Assembly (NCBI GenBank): GCA_951406725.2
Contig: OX597818.1
Span: 47,678,001-47,742,000, forward strand
Length of the DNA: 64,000 nt
From: Octopus vulgaris
Lineage: Eukaryota
Direction of reading: 5' to 3'
Position numbers and translations under genes: made by a program
The notes under the pieces: model-generated
What the model saw: the letters and a program-made list of their open reading frames with translations, nothing else
Database searches by the model: none
What the model was told of the DNA's origin: nothing
Shown here: positions 38,876 to 51,999 of the stretch, one piece after another
Layout of the letters: each line of letters starts with the position of its first letter
Numbering within the stretch: position 1 is the stretch's first letter

Positions 38876-39436
38876 CACATATATAAATAATATATAAATA
38901 TATGCATATATACATACATATATGTACATACCTACATATATATATATGTATATATACATGCATATATGGGTACAGGACATCAAAAAAACGTTGAACACAA
39001 TGGGACACGAAAGCATAAAAACAAAAACGTAGAAACGAACTTTTTTTTTCGAACAACGAAACAAACAAACAGAGAAACGAGACATACAACATAAAGAATA
39101 TCTCCTTCTTCAGTTGTCCCTGTTTCATCTACTCCACTTTTCGAAGGCAAAGACAAGACGCGACTTCGTTGAAACAATCTTTCCTGCAAAGCAAATTAAA
39201 TAAAATTTGGGATTTTTTGCGGAGGGTGAAAGTGGTAAGAAGAACAGGACTGTAAGAACAAAACACTAAAAACAAACGGTGAGGGTTGTTAAGCCAAGAC
39301 GATAGAAAAATTATTATGAACGCGAGGAAGACGAGCTTATGAAAGAGAGAGTATAAGAACGTTTTTTCTTTACGAAGGTTGTGGGCAGAAAGACAGATTA
39401 TCTTTCGTCACGTGTATATATTTATACATATATATA

Positions 39437-39802
39437 AGAAAAAGAGATGACACAGGGAAAACGATGGTTATGTCATGAACTACATTAGCTTACAACTGTT
39501 TCTGCAATTAGATGCAGTGACACGTAGTTGAGTGCCTGAATAACACCCTATAGTTTGAAAGGAGCCTCGAATATAAAGTGCAATTTATTTGGGAAAATAT
39601 AATTACATTTTTAATTCTATTTATTTGGGAAATTCTATTTTCCGAAATGAATTGTACTTCATATTCAAAATTCTGATGAAGCTACACAGGGTGTTGGTCT
39701 GGCGCTCAACTACGAGTCCACTGCATCTAATTGCTGAAACAGCTGTAAGCTAATTAACTTCGTTACATAACTATCATTTTTCATGTGTCATCTCTTTTTT
39801 TT
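39437..39802. mobile_element. Inverted-repeat Penelope-like pLTR remnant with hammerhead-like core at 39673-39747
   Basis: Arms of ~170 bp are imperfectly inverted. Contains CTGATGA-agc...gct-GAAA-CAGCTG-TA. Confidence 0.6.
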
Positions 39803-39903
39803 GTTACCGCTCTATGCTCGTCTAACACTTTGTTCTGTAACAAAGTAATACACCACGTTATTAGTCTCGCAATGCCTAAGTGAAATATATTTACACATAC
39901 GCA

Positions 39904-39984
<81 letters not shown>

Positions 39985-40747
39985 GCGGGAGAAATTGATT
40001 AGTAAACGATATTATGAAATGTCGGAGTTAGCAGTTGTAACGATAAAAATTTGTTGTTATGACGGCAAGTTGTAAGATGTGAAAGATGAACAATGCAGGA
40101 ATTATTTATTTACCGTTACGTTACAATAACTTGTCTCGACAGGCAGGTTATGATAAATCCAAAAGCATGCGAAGTAAAGTTTGTGTTTGGGTCCTCTTCA
40201 TTGTTTCGTAGTGGTTATATATAGAGATAGAATGATGTTGTAAGAGAACAGAATTAGAGCTAGTGAGAGTTGTAGGGTGTGGGACATTGTCTCACAGTTG
40301 CTGACAGCAAACTTCATTTTTCCCTCTGACCAAGGTTCTAGCTGGTTAGCCAGACTTCGTTGTCACCTAAGTTACTACCTGGTTGAGTCGTCACCGGCTG
40401 TTTTCGCTTGGGGTATTCTTGCTTTTATAACTATCCAGAAGGATAGACATATTATTGAGAACAATAGATTTAGTTGGTGGTCTTGTTATCTCTATTCTAG
40501 CTTTTGGTGAAGTAGAAGAGGTTAGAAAGGGTCAAGTGGTGAAGACATTATTTCGGCCTAGTTAAAGGCCTCTGGAAAATGTAAAAACTGCTGTCAGAGA
40601 AAAACCATTTTTCCATCGTGGGAAAAGTTCTGTTGCAGTGTTAATTTAAATTTGGGTATGGTGGATTGAATCTACTTTATGCATGCAAGATCCACTACAT
40701 ATATATGTATACACACACAGAGACACACAGACAGACAGACACACACA

Positions 40748-40809
<62 letters not shown>

Positions 40810-41860
40810 TATACATACACGGCTGAGCACCACATGACATATTGCGTGTACAATCACGATTTTAATTCAGTATTCATCACAACTGGCCGGCGAACGGGAA
40901 CGTGAAACTATGAGTTAACAGTTCTGTGATAGTTTTGCAGCTTTGATAAAATGTATATGTGTGTGTGCGTGTGTGTGTATTTATTTACAGGGAGAAAAAG
41001 AGATAAATATATACATATATGATGAGACTGATTATATAATCTCTTTATATAATTGCCAGTGTTTTTTCCTTTAACTGATTCTATCTCATTGTAACTTCTA
41101 TGTTTTCCTTTGTCATCTCATTGCTACTTTGTCCTTATAGCTGTTATTTGCTTTTAGGATCACAGCCAATTAATTATACAGCGCTTATCAACGTTCATCT
41201 AATTATTTTATTTCATTGTATTTACAATGCTTTTATCTATAACCCTTTCTGTTCTCTGTCAATCTTGTATTGGCAACATTTTATGTACTGTTTTTCTTTA
41301 TAGCTAAATTATATTTACTCAATACTATTCCCATCTTACTCTTGTACATCCCACTCTTGTCCAATACATCTCACTTGATATTTATTTCAGTGTACACATA
41401 TATTGTAGTGTTGTAATAAATGCAGTGCGCGTGTTTGCATGTATTGTATAATTGTAGGTAGGTAGGAGCACTCCATCGGTTACGATGACGAGGGGTCCCA
41501 GCTGATACGATCAACGGAACAGCTTGCTCGTGAAATTAACGTGCAAGTGACTGAGCAATCCACAGATATGTGTACCCCTAACGTAGTTCTCAGGGAGATT
41601 CAGCGTGACACAGAGTGTGACAAGGCCGGCCCTTTGAAATACAGGTACAACTCAATTTTACCAGCTGAGTGGACTGGAGCAACGTGAAATAAAGTGTCTT
41701 GCTCAAGGACACAACGCGTAGCCGGGAATTGAACTCACGACCTTACAATCGTGAGCCGAATGCCCTAACCACTAAGCCACGCGCATTCACTGTACAGTTG
41801 TAGGAACTGTATTAATATAATATATTAATGGTTGTGTGGCTGTTGTGGTTATAATACATA

Positions 41861-42224
41861 CTAGCACTATGACCCGGTGTTGCCGGGCCATTGTGCTAGT
41901 GCATGCATATACAGCTGCGTGTGTGTGCACATACACGCGAGTACTTTCCAAATCTGCGACCAATCACATACACCTAGTTGGCATTCAATTGGCGTATCAA
42001 GTTTCAGGCATTTTGATTGGGTTTTGGACAGAAAATTCACAAAAAAATCACTTCTATTGATTTTTTAATGGCTTTGCGGGGTGACTGGGGAAATGTAAAG
42101 ATGTGCACGATCACCCTTGGACGGTTTTGAATGACCATAGAAAGTGCGAGCCCTCTAACTGAAAAATTGTGGATTTGTATAAAGGACACACACGCAGACA
42201 TTTTGCCGTTTATATATATAGACA
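41861..42224 (-). mobile_element. Non-autonomous Helitron (family E, copy 4)
   Basis: Homologous to 383-788. Confidence 0.8.
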
Positions 42225-43181
42225 TATAACTTTACTTCCTTAGTGGATCCAGCAATATGTGGGCTAGGCAGAAACGCATGTCTTTTTCTGGTTTCTAGTT
42301 GCTCAGAATTATGATTCCAGGCAGATCTATTTCAGGAATGTCTTGGGAAAGGATTTTTACGTTTACCCAACGAATGCCTTTTTCAAACGAATCGCATTTT
42401 TCATATATGTCATGAAAGAAAAATTGTTTTGTCATCGAGCAGAGAAGGTGGTATGTTTTGAAATTACGTTATACTTTTGTATTTCAGGCACATGGATCTT
42501 CGAGTATAGTCCGCCCTTGAGTATAACACGCAGGGGATTTTTAGGGGGCTGTACCGCTGAAAAACCTAAACCTTGTGTATAATACGCACACCTCCTCTAA
42601 CTTGAGCCGTGCGTAATTAAGCCAGCAGCACCTAGTCGAACAAACACTTCCGCGCATGCGTAATACAATAATGGTGATGTTCTTAACTGTTATATGGAAA
42701 TGTAAATATGTTTGCAAATTGTTTTTGTTACATGTTATTCTGTGTTCTGAATACTTATATTTTAATAAATGTTGCTTACTGCAAGTTATGGATGATTCTT
42801 TTAAGACTTCATTGCTTCCAGGCTTAGCTTAAGGTATTTTCGCGCCCGACATCACAAAATGCTTCTGAATAAACATTGCCGGACAGCAAATAGAGATTCG
42901 GACATTGCTTAGAAAATATTTTTCATTTTTAACCTAGTACGCACTAAGGGATGTTGACCGTTAAATTTTGGAAAGAAAAAATGTAGATTACACTCGAGAA
43001 TGTACGGTATACGATAAACATTAATAAACTCAACGGGCTCATCAAAATAATCATCAGATTTGCAACTCCCACGTTCTTACAATTCAAGCGATGGAAGAAT
43101 TTTCTAATTTTGCTTGGTGTCGTTCAAGTAAAAGTTACAATTTAAACAAGATAGATATATTAAGGCAAAGAATCAATCAAT

Positions 43182-44136
43182 AAACTGGAAAAGCACTCGG
43201 AGACCGCAGACCTCCGCCAAGCAGCTCATTTCCACCCTTATACACGCATGCTGAAAATCGCCCAATTTCCCAAACCAACTGCGGCAAAAACATAAACTCC
43301 TTGGCGGGGTTAAAAAAAAATAATACAGCTATATGATTAAAAAAAAACCCCTTTAAAAACAGGAATCATCTGAAGCAGTTATAATGCACCAATGACAACA
43401 GCAAGCTAGTTTCACCAAACAGCTAAAAAGAAACAACAATTACCTAAAACTTGAGTGATACACACACAACATCATGGTTGGAAAAGTAACAGTCGGTTAC
43501 GGTGACATGTGGACGCCGATCCTGGTTCACATAAACATGATCTAGCAGGCTTCCATAGTCGGTGGTGGGTTTTTGGACTAGTTGGTCGAACCCATACTGG
43601 TTCATAGTTGTCAAGTTCTCATGGTTAGGGGAACCAAGGAGATCCATGTTGAAATCACCAAGGACAATGGTCAGATGGTTCCTTGGCAAAGATAACAGAG
43701 GTATCTGTCTATTTACGAAACTAAACCTACCTACCTACTTTACATCCCTCTGTGGTCAGTATAGTACCAATCATACCTCAAGAGGCCATAGATGCGCGAG
43801 TAAACTTACTAATAGAGAAACAAAAATAAACTTTGCAAACAGCAACGCTACCGGGTTACGTTGAAACGATGAACGTGTTTTCATGGGAGATAATCATAGA
43901 ACGTAACATTGTAATACTTCATGTAAAGTAAATATAACAAATCATCCTTCAAGAATCCATAAAAATTCCCAGATCACTACCAAAATTTCATCATCTGTTC
44001 CTTGTGTCATTACCAACTTTTTCTGCAAGTTTCATCAAATATCGTTCCCAACTTTTTGAGTTATTTTGCGCACAGATGGACAGACGGACAAATCAACGCC
44101 GAGAAAAACATAACCTCCTTCATTTACGGAGGTAAT
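43182..44136 (-). mobile_element. Helentron deletion derivative retaining the C-terminal AP-endonuclease coding remnant (43444-43700)
   Basis: HINE-type ends ATTACCTCC..AAGGAGGTTATGTTTT and CTTGGCGGAGGTCTGCGGTCTCCGAGTGCTTTTCCAGTT. Internal IVLGDFNMD...QLVQKPTT..GSLLDHVY...YFSNHD ends in a stop codon. Confidence 0.75.
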
Positions 44137-44379
44137 TATATAATTTCGATAAGAATTTTGTTTTCGTGTCAATTAGATAGCCAAGAGAAGTGAAAAGTGA
44201 AAAAAATATTCAGTTAGCATCTTATGAGACGTCATAATCCTCTTGTTGATTATGACGTATCTAATTCAGAAATCCGTTACATTCTATTATTATTTTGAAC
44301 AGTGAATTTTCAATTTACCTGGAAAGAAACAATGCTGTGATTAATAAGAAGAGTTGAAATTAATGCGTGCAAGATTTTA

Positions 44380-45670
44380 CGAGGGGCGTTCAATAAGTAA
44401 TGCCCCTGACCCACTTCCCATAGCAGTAGAGCAACGAAACTTGGCACGGTTATTAGTCTTTTTCTACATAGGAACCACCCAGACTTACGCATTTCTCCCA
44501 TCGTTTGATGCAGCTCTGAAGACCGTTTTTGTAGAAGACCCCAGCTTGGTCCTCCAACCTGAACGTGACTTCAGAAATCAAGGCTGCATCATCTGGGAAA
44601 CGCTTTCCTTTCAAAAACAACTTCATGACTGGGAAGAGGTGAAAATCAGAGGGTGCAAGGTCAGGAAAGTAGGGGGATGGGGGAGGAGTTCATAGCCATA
44701 CGCCTGTGCTTCTGATCTGGCGACAAGCGAGTTGTGGACCGGAGCGTTGTCCTGCAGGAGGAGGATGCCTTTGCTGATCTTGCCCCGCCTCTTGATTTTG
44801 ATAACTTCTCTTAATTTCCTCAAAAGTGAAGCATAATAGGCTCCTGCAATTGTGGTACCCTTTGTCAGGAAATCTGTCATCACTACTCCGTCCTGGTCCC
44901 AGAAGACTGTGACCATGACCTTGCCAGCGGAGGGCTGCACCCTTGCCTTCTTTGGAGGGGGTGAGTCATGGTGCTTCCACTGCATTGACTGGGCTTTGGT
45001 CTCTGGATCATCGTGATGGACCCAGGTTTCATCCTGTGTAATCAGTCTTTTGAAAAATTTTGACTCATCTTCTTGGCACATCTCCAAATTCACCCTTGAG
45101 CACTCGACGCGTTCTTGCTTCTGGAAAGGCGTGAGCAACCTGGGAATCCATCTGACAGACACCTTTTGCATATGCAAATGGTCATGAATGATAGTTTCCA
45201 CAGACCCAGTACTAATCTTGACCTCATGGGCTATTTGACGAATAATTATGCGTCGGTCTTCCAAAATGGCAGCCTCAACATGACGGACAGATGCCTCATC
45301 AATGGCAGAAGGGGGCGACCAGATCTGGGAGCTGTTTCCACAGAGTTCCGACCATATTTGAATTCACGATGCCAGCGTTTTACAAGGTCATATGATGGGA
45401 CATCATCACCATAATTTACTTTCATTTCATCAAAAGTCACCCGTGGTGTGCGTCCTTTCAAATACAAAAACCGGATCACTGCTCGACACTCAACAGGCTC
45501 CATTTCACACTTGACTCGGTTCAAACACCTGTACATCAGAAACCACAATTAGTTCAGAGCTGTAATTTGCCACTTACTCTATAGAGATATAAATGATTGC
45601 ACATGCAAAATTTCAGCTAGATCCAACAACTGCAAGTGGGTCAGAGGCATTACTTATTGAACGTCCCTCG
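44380..45670 (-). mobile_element. Full-length (1291 bp) mariner transposon, TA TSD
   Basis: ~37-bp TIRs CGAGGGGCGTTCAATAAGTAATGCCCCTGACCCACTT at both ends. TA at 44378-79 and 45671-72. Confidence 0.93.
44455..45503 (-). pseudogene. Mariner DD34D transposase with two frameshifts
   Basis: MEPVECRAVIRFL...SGRP / ...WIPRLL...QDETWVH...QDNAPVH...HPP / PDLAPSDF. Frameshifts near 45310 and 44670. The 3' end coordinate is approximate. Confidence 0.88.
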
Positions 45671-45867
45671 TATAGCCCTAGCATCACTATGAACGTTTCA
45701 ACCTGTGACCTTTTCAGTCCACCCTCGTATGATATCGATAAGAATTTGATTTTTGCATCAATTGGATGGCTAAGAGAAGAGAAAAGTGAAAAAAAAGAAG
45801 AAAAAGAAGCTCAGTTAGCATCTATTGATACGTCATAATCCTCTTGTTGATCATGGCGTATTTAATT

Positions 45868-46276
45868 TTCGTCCCCAAAGTCCATCCCCTCGTCACCGTG
45901 GTGGGGACGCTGGCAACGGGTAGTGCCTGAGCTATGCCGTCGGGAACTTCGGTTCCTGGTAGGGCCACCCAGAGCGGATTGGTCTGACACCGAGTGGTAT
46001 TAGGGCCACAACCCGGCAGACGGGGCTCTAGTGAAAATCCTCGGAATGTGTCTGTTTCGGAAACCGGCGGCTCCTCGGTCGTTCTGTCCCTGCGTCTGCG
46101 GACAATCTGTGGCAAACAGGATGTCTCTACATGCGGGATTGTTGGGACCGCTTGTGAAATCCATATATTCCCACGAAACTTCTTCCATGAATTCTCAATG
46201 GCGAATACAATGGCGAATACAGAAGATGCCGACTCAACCCGCCCAGGGTGAATGTCACCACAAGTACAAGTAAGTA
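45868..46276 (+). mobile_element. 5'-truncated LINE (RTE-like) 3' fragment with 11-bp TSD
   Basis: GC-rich insert ending in caagtacaagtaagta. TSD cgtatttaatt at 45857-67 and 46277-87. Confidence 0.65.
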
Positions 46277-47019
46277 CGTATTTAATTCAGAAAATGGGGG
46301 CTAATTGGCAGAATCTTGTTTCCGATGTACGTTTTGCTGCTTTCGTTCATATTCTTTGCTTCCTGAGTTCAATTCGTGACAACTTCAGTTTCATCTTTTA
46401 TCATTTCGTAGTCGACAAATAATAAGAATATACCCCAGTCTAGATCTGGGGTAAGTATTCTTATCGCTAACTGTCTATCTGAATTGTAATGGACTTTCAA
46501 TGGCGCAGCTTTGTCCCCTAGCGTCACACTGTTTTGGCTGAAGAATTGCGTCAAAGGAACATTTGTTTGGAGGAAGGGACAGTGCCTATGGTCTTCGCAG
46601 GCCATGTTTTTAGACAGGTTTGACCGATGCAATTGAAGTTTGTGAGTCAAAATCCTGAGGGAAGGACATGAGCAGAGAGAGAGTTTTTTGTTCCTTCTCG
46701 AGCCATGCCTGGCTCATTAGGGCCGGTTTCCCGGTTTCTTGGCGTATAGGTTCCCCACCTGGATGGGACGATGGTCCGTCGCAGGTAAGCTGCAAGCCGC
46801 GTGGAGTTAAGGTGTTTTTGCTCATAAACACACACATCATCCGGTCTGAGATTCGAACCCGCGATCCCTCGACCGCGAGTCCGCTGCTCTAACCACTAGG
46901 CCATGTGCCTCCACAGAGAGAGAGAGAGAGAGTTTTAGAGAGGGCTGACGTTCTGGGAAGGTCTGGGCTCAGTGATTAGCGCAGGGACTGGAGGGAGGCA
47001 GACATAGTAAGAGTGGTGG

Positions 47020-47260
47020 AAGGAGGAAAGACAAACGTGTCGGGAATGTGTGAATGCTAATGGTTTAAGTTGAGTTAGTTCCGATGAGCAGGGGCTATTA
47101 TAATGGCAATGGAAAAGACAGACAGAGAAAACAACATGTCTGTGGACCAGAGGCTGGTACGTATCTGTGAGTGACTCTACAACAGTCTGTCGGGTAGCCT
47201 CTTTCTGGATGTATCTGGGGCAGGCACGAGCAACCCTTTTCGAGAAGTGGGCTGCATAGC
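47020..47260 (-). mobile_element. LINE ORF2 C-terminal fragment (jockey/CR1-like)
   Basis: IQKEATR...LTDTYQPLVHR..V.S.CLF...YN..CSSEL pattern. Confidence 0.55.
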
Positions 47261-47512
47261 TCATCAACAGGCGAGACGCACTACTATAAAATTTCAAGGC
47301 AATTTCTCGATAGGCCTACCATTCAGAGAATCCCGCGGGCCACAGGTTGCCCTTGACTGATCAAGGACGTCTGTATGCTAGTCGAAACTGACGAAGATCC
47401 ATTTACATTTACATATTTTAGATATGTGATTATATGAGGAGCTGAGTATAGGAATATCAGTATGTCCATGTGTATATGTATGTGTATCTGTGTTTGTGTG
47501 TGTGTGCATGTA

Positions 47513-47553
<41 letters not shown>

Positions 47554-48321
47554 TATTCTTTTACTTGTTTCAGCTATTTGACTGTGGCCATGCTGGAGCA
47601 CCGTCATGAAGGGTTTTAGCCGAACAAATCGACCCCAGGACTTATTTCTTAAGCCTAGTACTTATTCTGTCGTTCTGTTTTGCCGAACCTCTAGGTTACG
47701 GGGATGTAAACATACCAACACCGGTTGTCAGGCGGTGATGGAACAAAGACAGACACAAAGGCACACGCATACATACATATTTAGATACATACATACATAA
47801 TACTTAGATACATAATACATACATACATACATACATACATACATACACACAAACAAAAATATCCTGTTATTGATGTTGAAATTCCAATGAAGAAACCTTA
47901 GATCTAGGTTAGAAACCAGCTCTTTCTCTATTGGGGAGAAATTTTGAAATAAAACTGAACAATGACACACACACGCACGTATGTGCACACGGCGGGCTTC
48001 TTTCAATTTTCGTCTACTAAATCCATTCACAAAGCTTTGGTCTGCCCGAAGCTGTAGTAGAAGATGCGTCACAAGGTGCCATATAATGGGACTAAACTTG
48101 GAACTATGTGGCTGGAAAGCAAATTTTTTAGCACACAGCCACTCATGTGTCTATGTATCTCTGTGTGTTTGTGTGTATACATACATATATCTGTGTATGT
48201 TTGAATTTAGAAACATTGTAGGCCTACCCTTCGCATCAAATTAAAAATGGCGTAAAAGATCCAGAGAACACATAAGTGTCACATGTATAGATACCCACAT
48301 ACACATACACATGTAGATACG

Positions 48322-48353
<32 letters not shown>

Positions 48354-48716
48354 CATACATACATACATACATACATACATACATACATACATAGAGACAG
48401 ATAGACAGACAGGCCGTCAGACAGAAATTTACACAGACATAAGCAGACATATCATGCACTCATAGGTATACACATACACATATGGACACACAGACATATA
48501 CACAGATACATGCATACACACACATTCAGATATGCACAGGCATACACTCGTAATGCACGTACACACACATACATGTTACATACACACATACATGCACATA
48601 CACACACGCGTCTACACGCACACCCCACACAGGTACACACAAGTATACACAACTACACATACAAACACACGAGCCCTCCTCCAAGAACACACTCACACAG
48701 GTACACACGCACGCGT

Positions 48717-48780
<64 letters not shown>

Positions 48781-48969
48781 CAGTACAGTTAAAAAATCAT
48801 CTTAAAAGCTTTCCGGGTCGGTTGCCAAATGTGAATTAACACGGGATAATTGGAAAGATAACACATCTTCATATATTCTCATCCTCTCTTTCCCTCCTTC
48901 TCATTATTTATCGTATTATTTTCCTCTTGTCTCCCTGGTGAAATCCACAATTAAAAAAGTTAAGTCTTT

Positions 48970-49335
48970 GGAAAAAGCACTTTCTTTATAGACGTACCAG
49001 CCATGACCCTCCAGTATAAATATTTGTTCCTTCGAGAATATTGTACTCCGCACTACCTTATCTTATATACTTTGAGCCCTCAATTTCTGATGGAGTCGTC
49101 TGGTGCAAATCATAGCCTGCAGCGTATCTTGTTGTTCCACCTCCTCTTCCTCCGCCTCCTTCTTCTGCGAAATTTGTTGTCCATGGGGAGAGCCATGGAA
49201 AATATAGACGTTCAATGTCGGTTTTAGGATGGTGCATATTTGTGAGACGTGAGGAGTTTTCTGGTTTTCACACCCATCCTTTTGGTGTCTTGGAAAATCC
49301 AATTAGTTACGCTGAAGCTATGTTTAACAATTGGT
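48970..49335 (-). mobile_element. R4/Dong-like LINE fragment
   Basis: KTRKLLT and MHHPKTDIERLY in adjacent frames, then a GGRG-like segment. Confidence 0.55.
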
Positions 49336-49386
49336 AGCGCCAGATTATTTATTGCCTTAAATCGGTTTTGTGAGTTAAGCTATATA

Positions 49387-49755
49387 TCTCTCTATATATA
49401 AATGGCAAAATGTCTGTCTGTGTGTGTGTCCTTTATACCAATCCACAATTTTTCAGTTAGAGAGCTCGCACTTTCTATGGTCATTCAAAACCGTCCAAGG
49501 GTGGTCGTACACATCTTTACATTTCCCCAGTCACCCAGCAAAGCCATTAAAAAAATCAATAGAAGTGTCTTTTTTGTGAATTTTCTATCCAAAACCTAAT
49601 CAAAATGCCCGAAACTTGATAAGCCAATTGAATGCCAGCTAGCTGTATATGATTGGCCGGAGATTTGGACAGTACTCGCGTGTATGTGCGCACGCACGCA
49701 GCTGTATATGCATGCACTAGCACTATGACCCGGCGTTGCTGGGTCACAGTGCTAG
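49387..49755 (+). mobile_element. Non-autonomous Helitron (family E, copy 5)
   Basis: a|TCTCTCTATATATAAA...actagcactatgacccggcgttgctgggtcacagtgCTAG|t. Confidence 0.8.
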
Positions 49756-50370
49756 TTTTAAGGATAAAACTTATTCTTCTGTAGTTATCTTTTCAATATT
49801 TTCCTTCATCTGAGAGTGTTCACCTTGGTTGACATCAAGGTATTACTCTTTACAATTTACTCTTTTTCTCTTTTAATTGTTTCAGTCATTTGCCTGCGGC
49901 CATGCTGGAGCACTGCCCTTAAGTCGAGCAAATAGACCCCAGGACTTATTCTTTGTAAGCCTAGTACTTATTCTCTCAGTCTCTTTTGCCGAACCGCTAA
50001 GTTACTGGGACGTAAACACACCAGCATCAGTTGTCAAGCGATGTTGGGGGGACAAACACAGACACACAAACATATACACACACATACACATACGTATATA
50101 CATATATACGACGGGCTTCTTTCGGTTTCCGTCTACCAAATCCACTCACAAGGCCCAAGGCTATAGTAGAAGATATTTGCCCAAGGTGCCAAGCAGTGGG
50201 ACTGAACCCGGAACCATGTAGTTGGTAAGCAAGCTACTTACCACACAACCACTCCTACGCCTTGTTCAAGATCTCTTATGGTGGTTGGATATGTCAAAAT
50301 CAATGGGAGATGTGAGGGTAACTCAAGTGCTACCTTTGCACATTCATCTTTATCAAAGTTCATATCACTG

Positions 50371-50460
<90 letters not shown>

Positions 50461-50490
50461 TTGCTACTACTGCTAGTGCTGTTGCTGCTT

Positions 50491-50584
<94 letters not shown>
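50371..50584. repeat. (TAC)n/(TGC)n microsatellite
   Basis: Read directly from the sequence. Confidence 0.95.
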
Positions 50585-51128
50585 GTCCAGTGGTACCCAT
50601 ATATTGATTTAAGAATATTCTGAAATACACTTCAAAAGAATCAATGTTGTGTATCAAAACAATATTCTGAAACCAATAGTAACCTGCACTTGGGATCTCG
50701 TTAAAATAACTTAAATGTACTTAAATTGATTAAATCGATATTAATGCCACCCAAAAAATACAGCGTTCATATTTTCTCTCGAAAACCTCGAACGCACCAC
50801 TAAAAGATTATATTTTTCGTATTTTATGAAAGTTAGAAATGTTAATTTTATCTAAGTGTTTTGAAAACAATTGAAATCCTTGTTTTTGCTGTAATATAAT
50901 TTCAGTATAATTAGTTAAACGATTTTTGATTGCAACATTAACTGGGTTAGTATTTATTGGGTTGTCCGGAAAGTTCGTGCCGATTTTTATTTGCGCATGC
51001 GTATACCTCTATGTGTGTTTATGTTTAGTTAGCGTGTGTGTGTGGGGAAGTGCCTGTAATATTTGTATCTCCTGTTTATACACGTTCGTGTAATTTGTTT
51101 TTGTTTATTTTGTTCGTGTTTACACCTA

Positions 51129-51206
<78 letters not shown>

Positions 51207-51297
51207 TTGGTTGTATTTAGTTAAATTAATTTGTTTGTTAATGTATATAGTTATTTACTTCCATTTGTTTATTTATCTGTGTATTTTATTATATATA

Positions 51298-51863
51298 TTG
51301 GGTTGTCCGGAAAGTTTGTGCCAATTTTTAAAGGAAAGGAAAAGGTCAATAAATACTTGCCATTACATTTTTAATCAATCAAATATGAACCATTTTGTTG
51401 CACAATGCGTCTCCATCTTTCCTTTAACTTGAAAATACCCTCTTCCCAGAATTGAGGTGGTTTCATGGCAAAGAATTCATCAAGGTCTCTTTTTACGTCA
51501 TCCAAGGAATTGAAATTTTTACCATTAAGGCTATTCTGCAGAGACCTGAATTAGTGGAAATCCGAAGGAGCAATATCTGGTGAATATGGAGGGTGGGGTA
51601 ACACATCCCGGCCGAGCTGCAGCAATTTTTGTCTGGTTCCCTAAGCACCAAGTGCCAAAAATGAACTTTCTTATCTTCCATTTTAAAGGGTTACAAAATT
51701 AACACAGGTCATAGGAACATAAACCTCCTTCCACGAAAAGATAGCTTAAACTGTGCTCTAAATGGAGGTGTAGTCAAATCCTATTTCATGGATTGAACCA
51801 TGTTCTAAGTTAAGTCGAAATGTAAGCTACTATAAATCGGCACAAACGTTCCGGACAACCCAA
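51298..51863 (-). mobile_element. Internally deleted mariner (mellifera-like); extra left TIR at 50957-50988
   Basis: TIR TTGGGTTGTCCGGAAAGTTYGTGCCRATTT with TA flanks. Retains the MEDKKVHF start and the HPPYSPDIAPSDF C-terminus. Confidence 0.85.
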
Positions 51864-51999
51864 TACAATGATTCGTTTTGATTAAGATTTCGTAGTTTTG
51901 AGTAAGATTTTTATTGTAGTTGTTTCATTAAATGTTATGTGAGAAAGTACCAGCAACATACATAAATGTTCCAAAGTGCAATAACTCCAGAAATGATTT

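Noticed and set aside
50238-50657. Poly-Ser and poly-Leu ORFs
   Set aside because: (TAC)n microsatellite.
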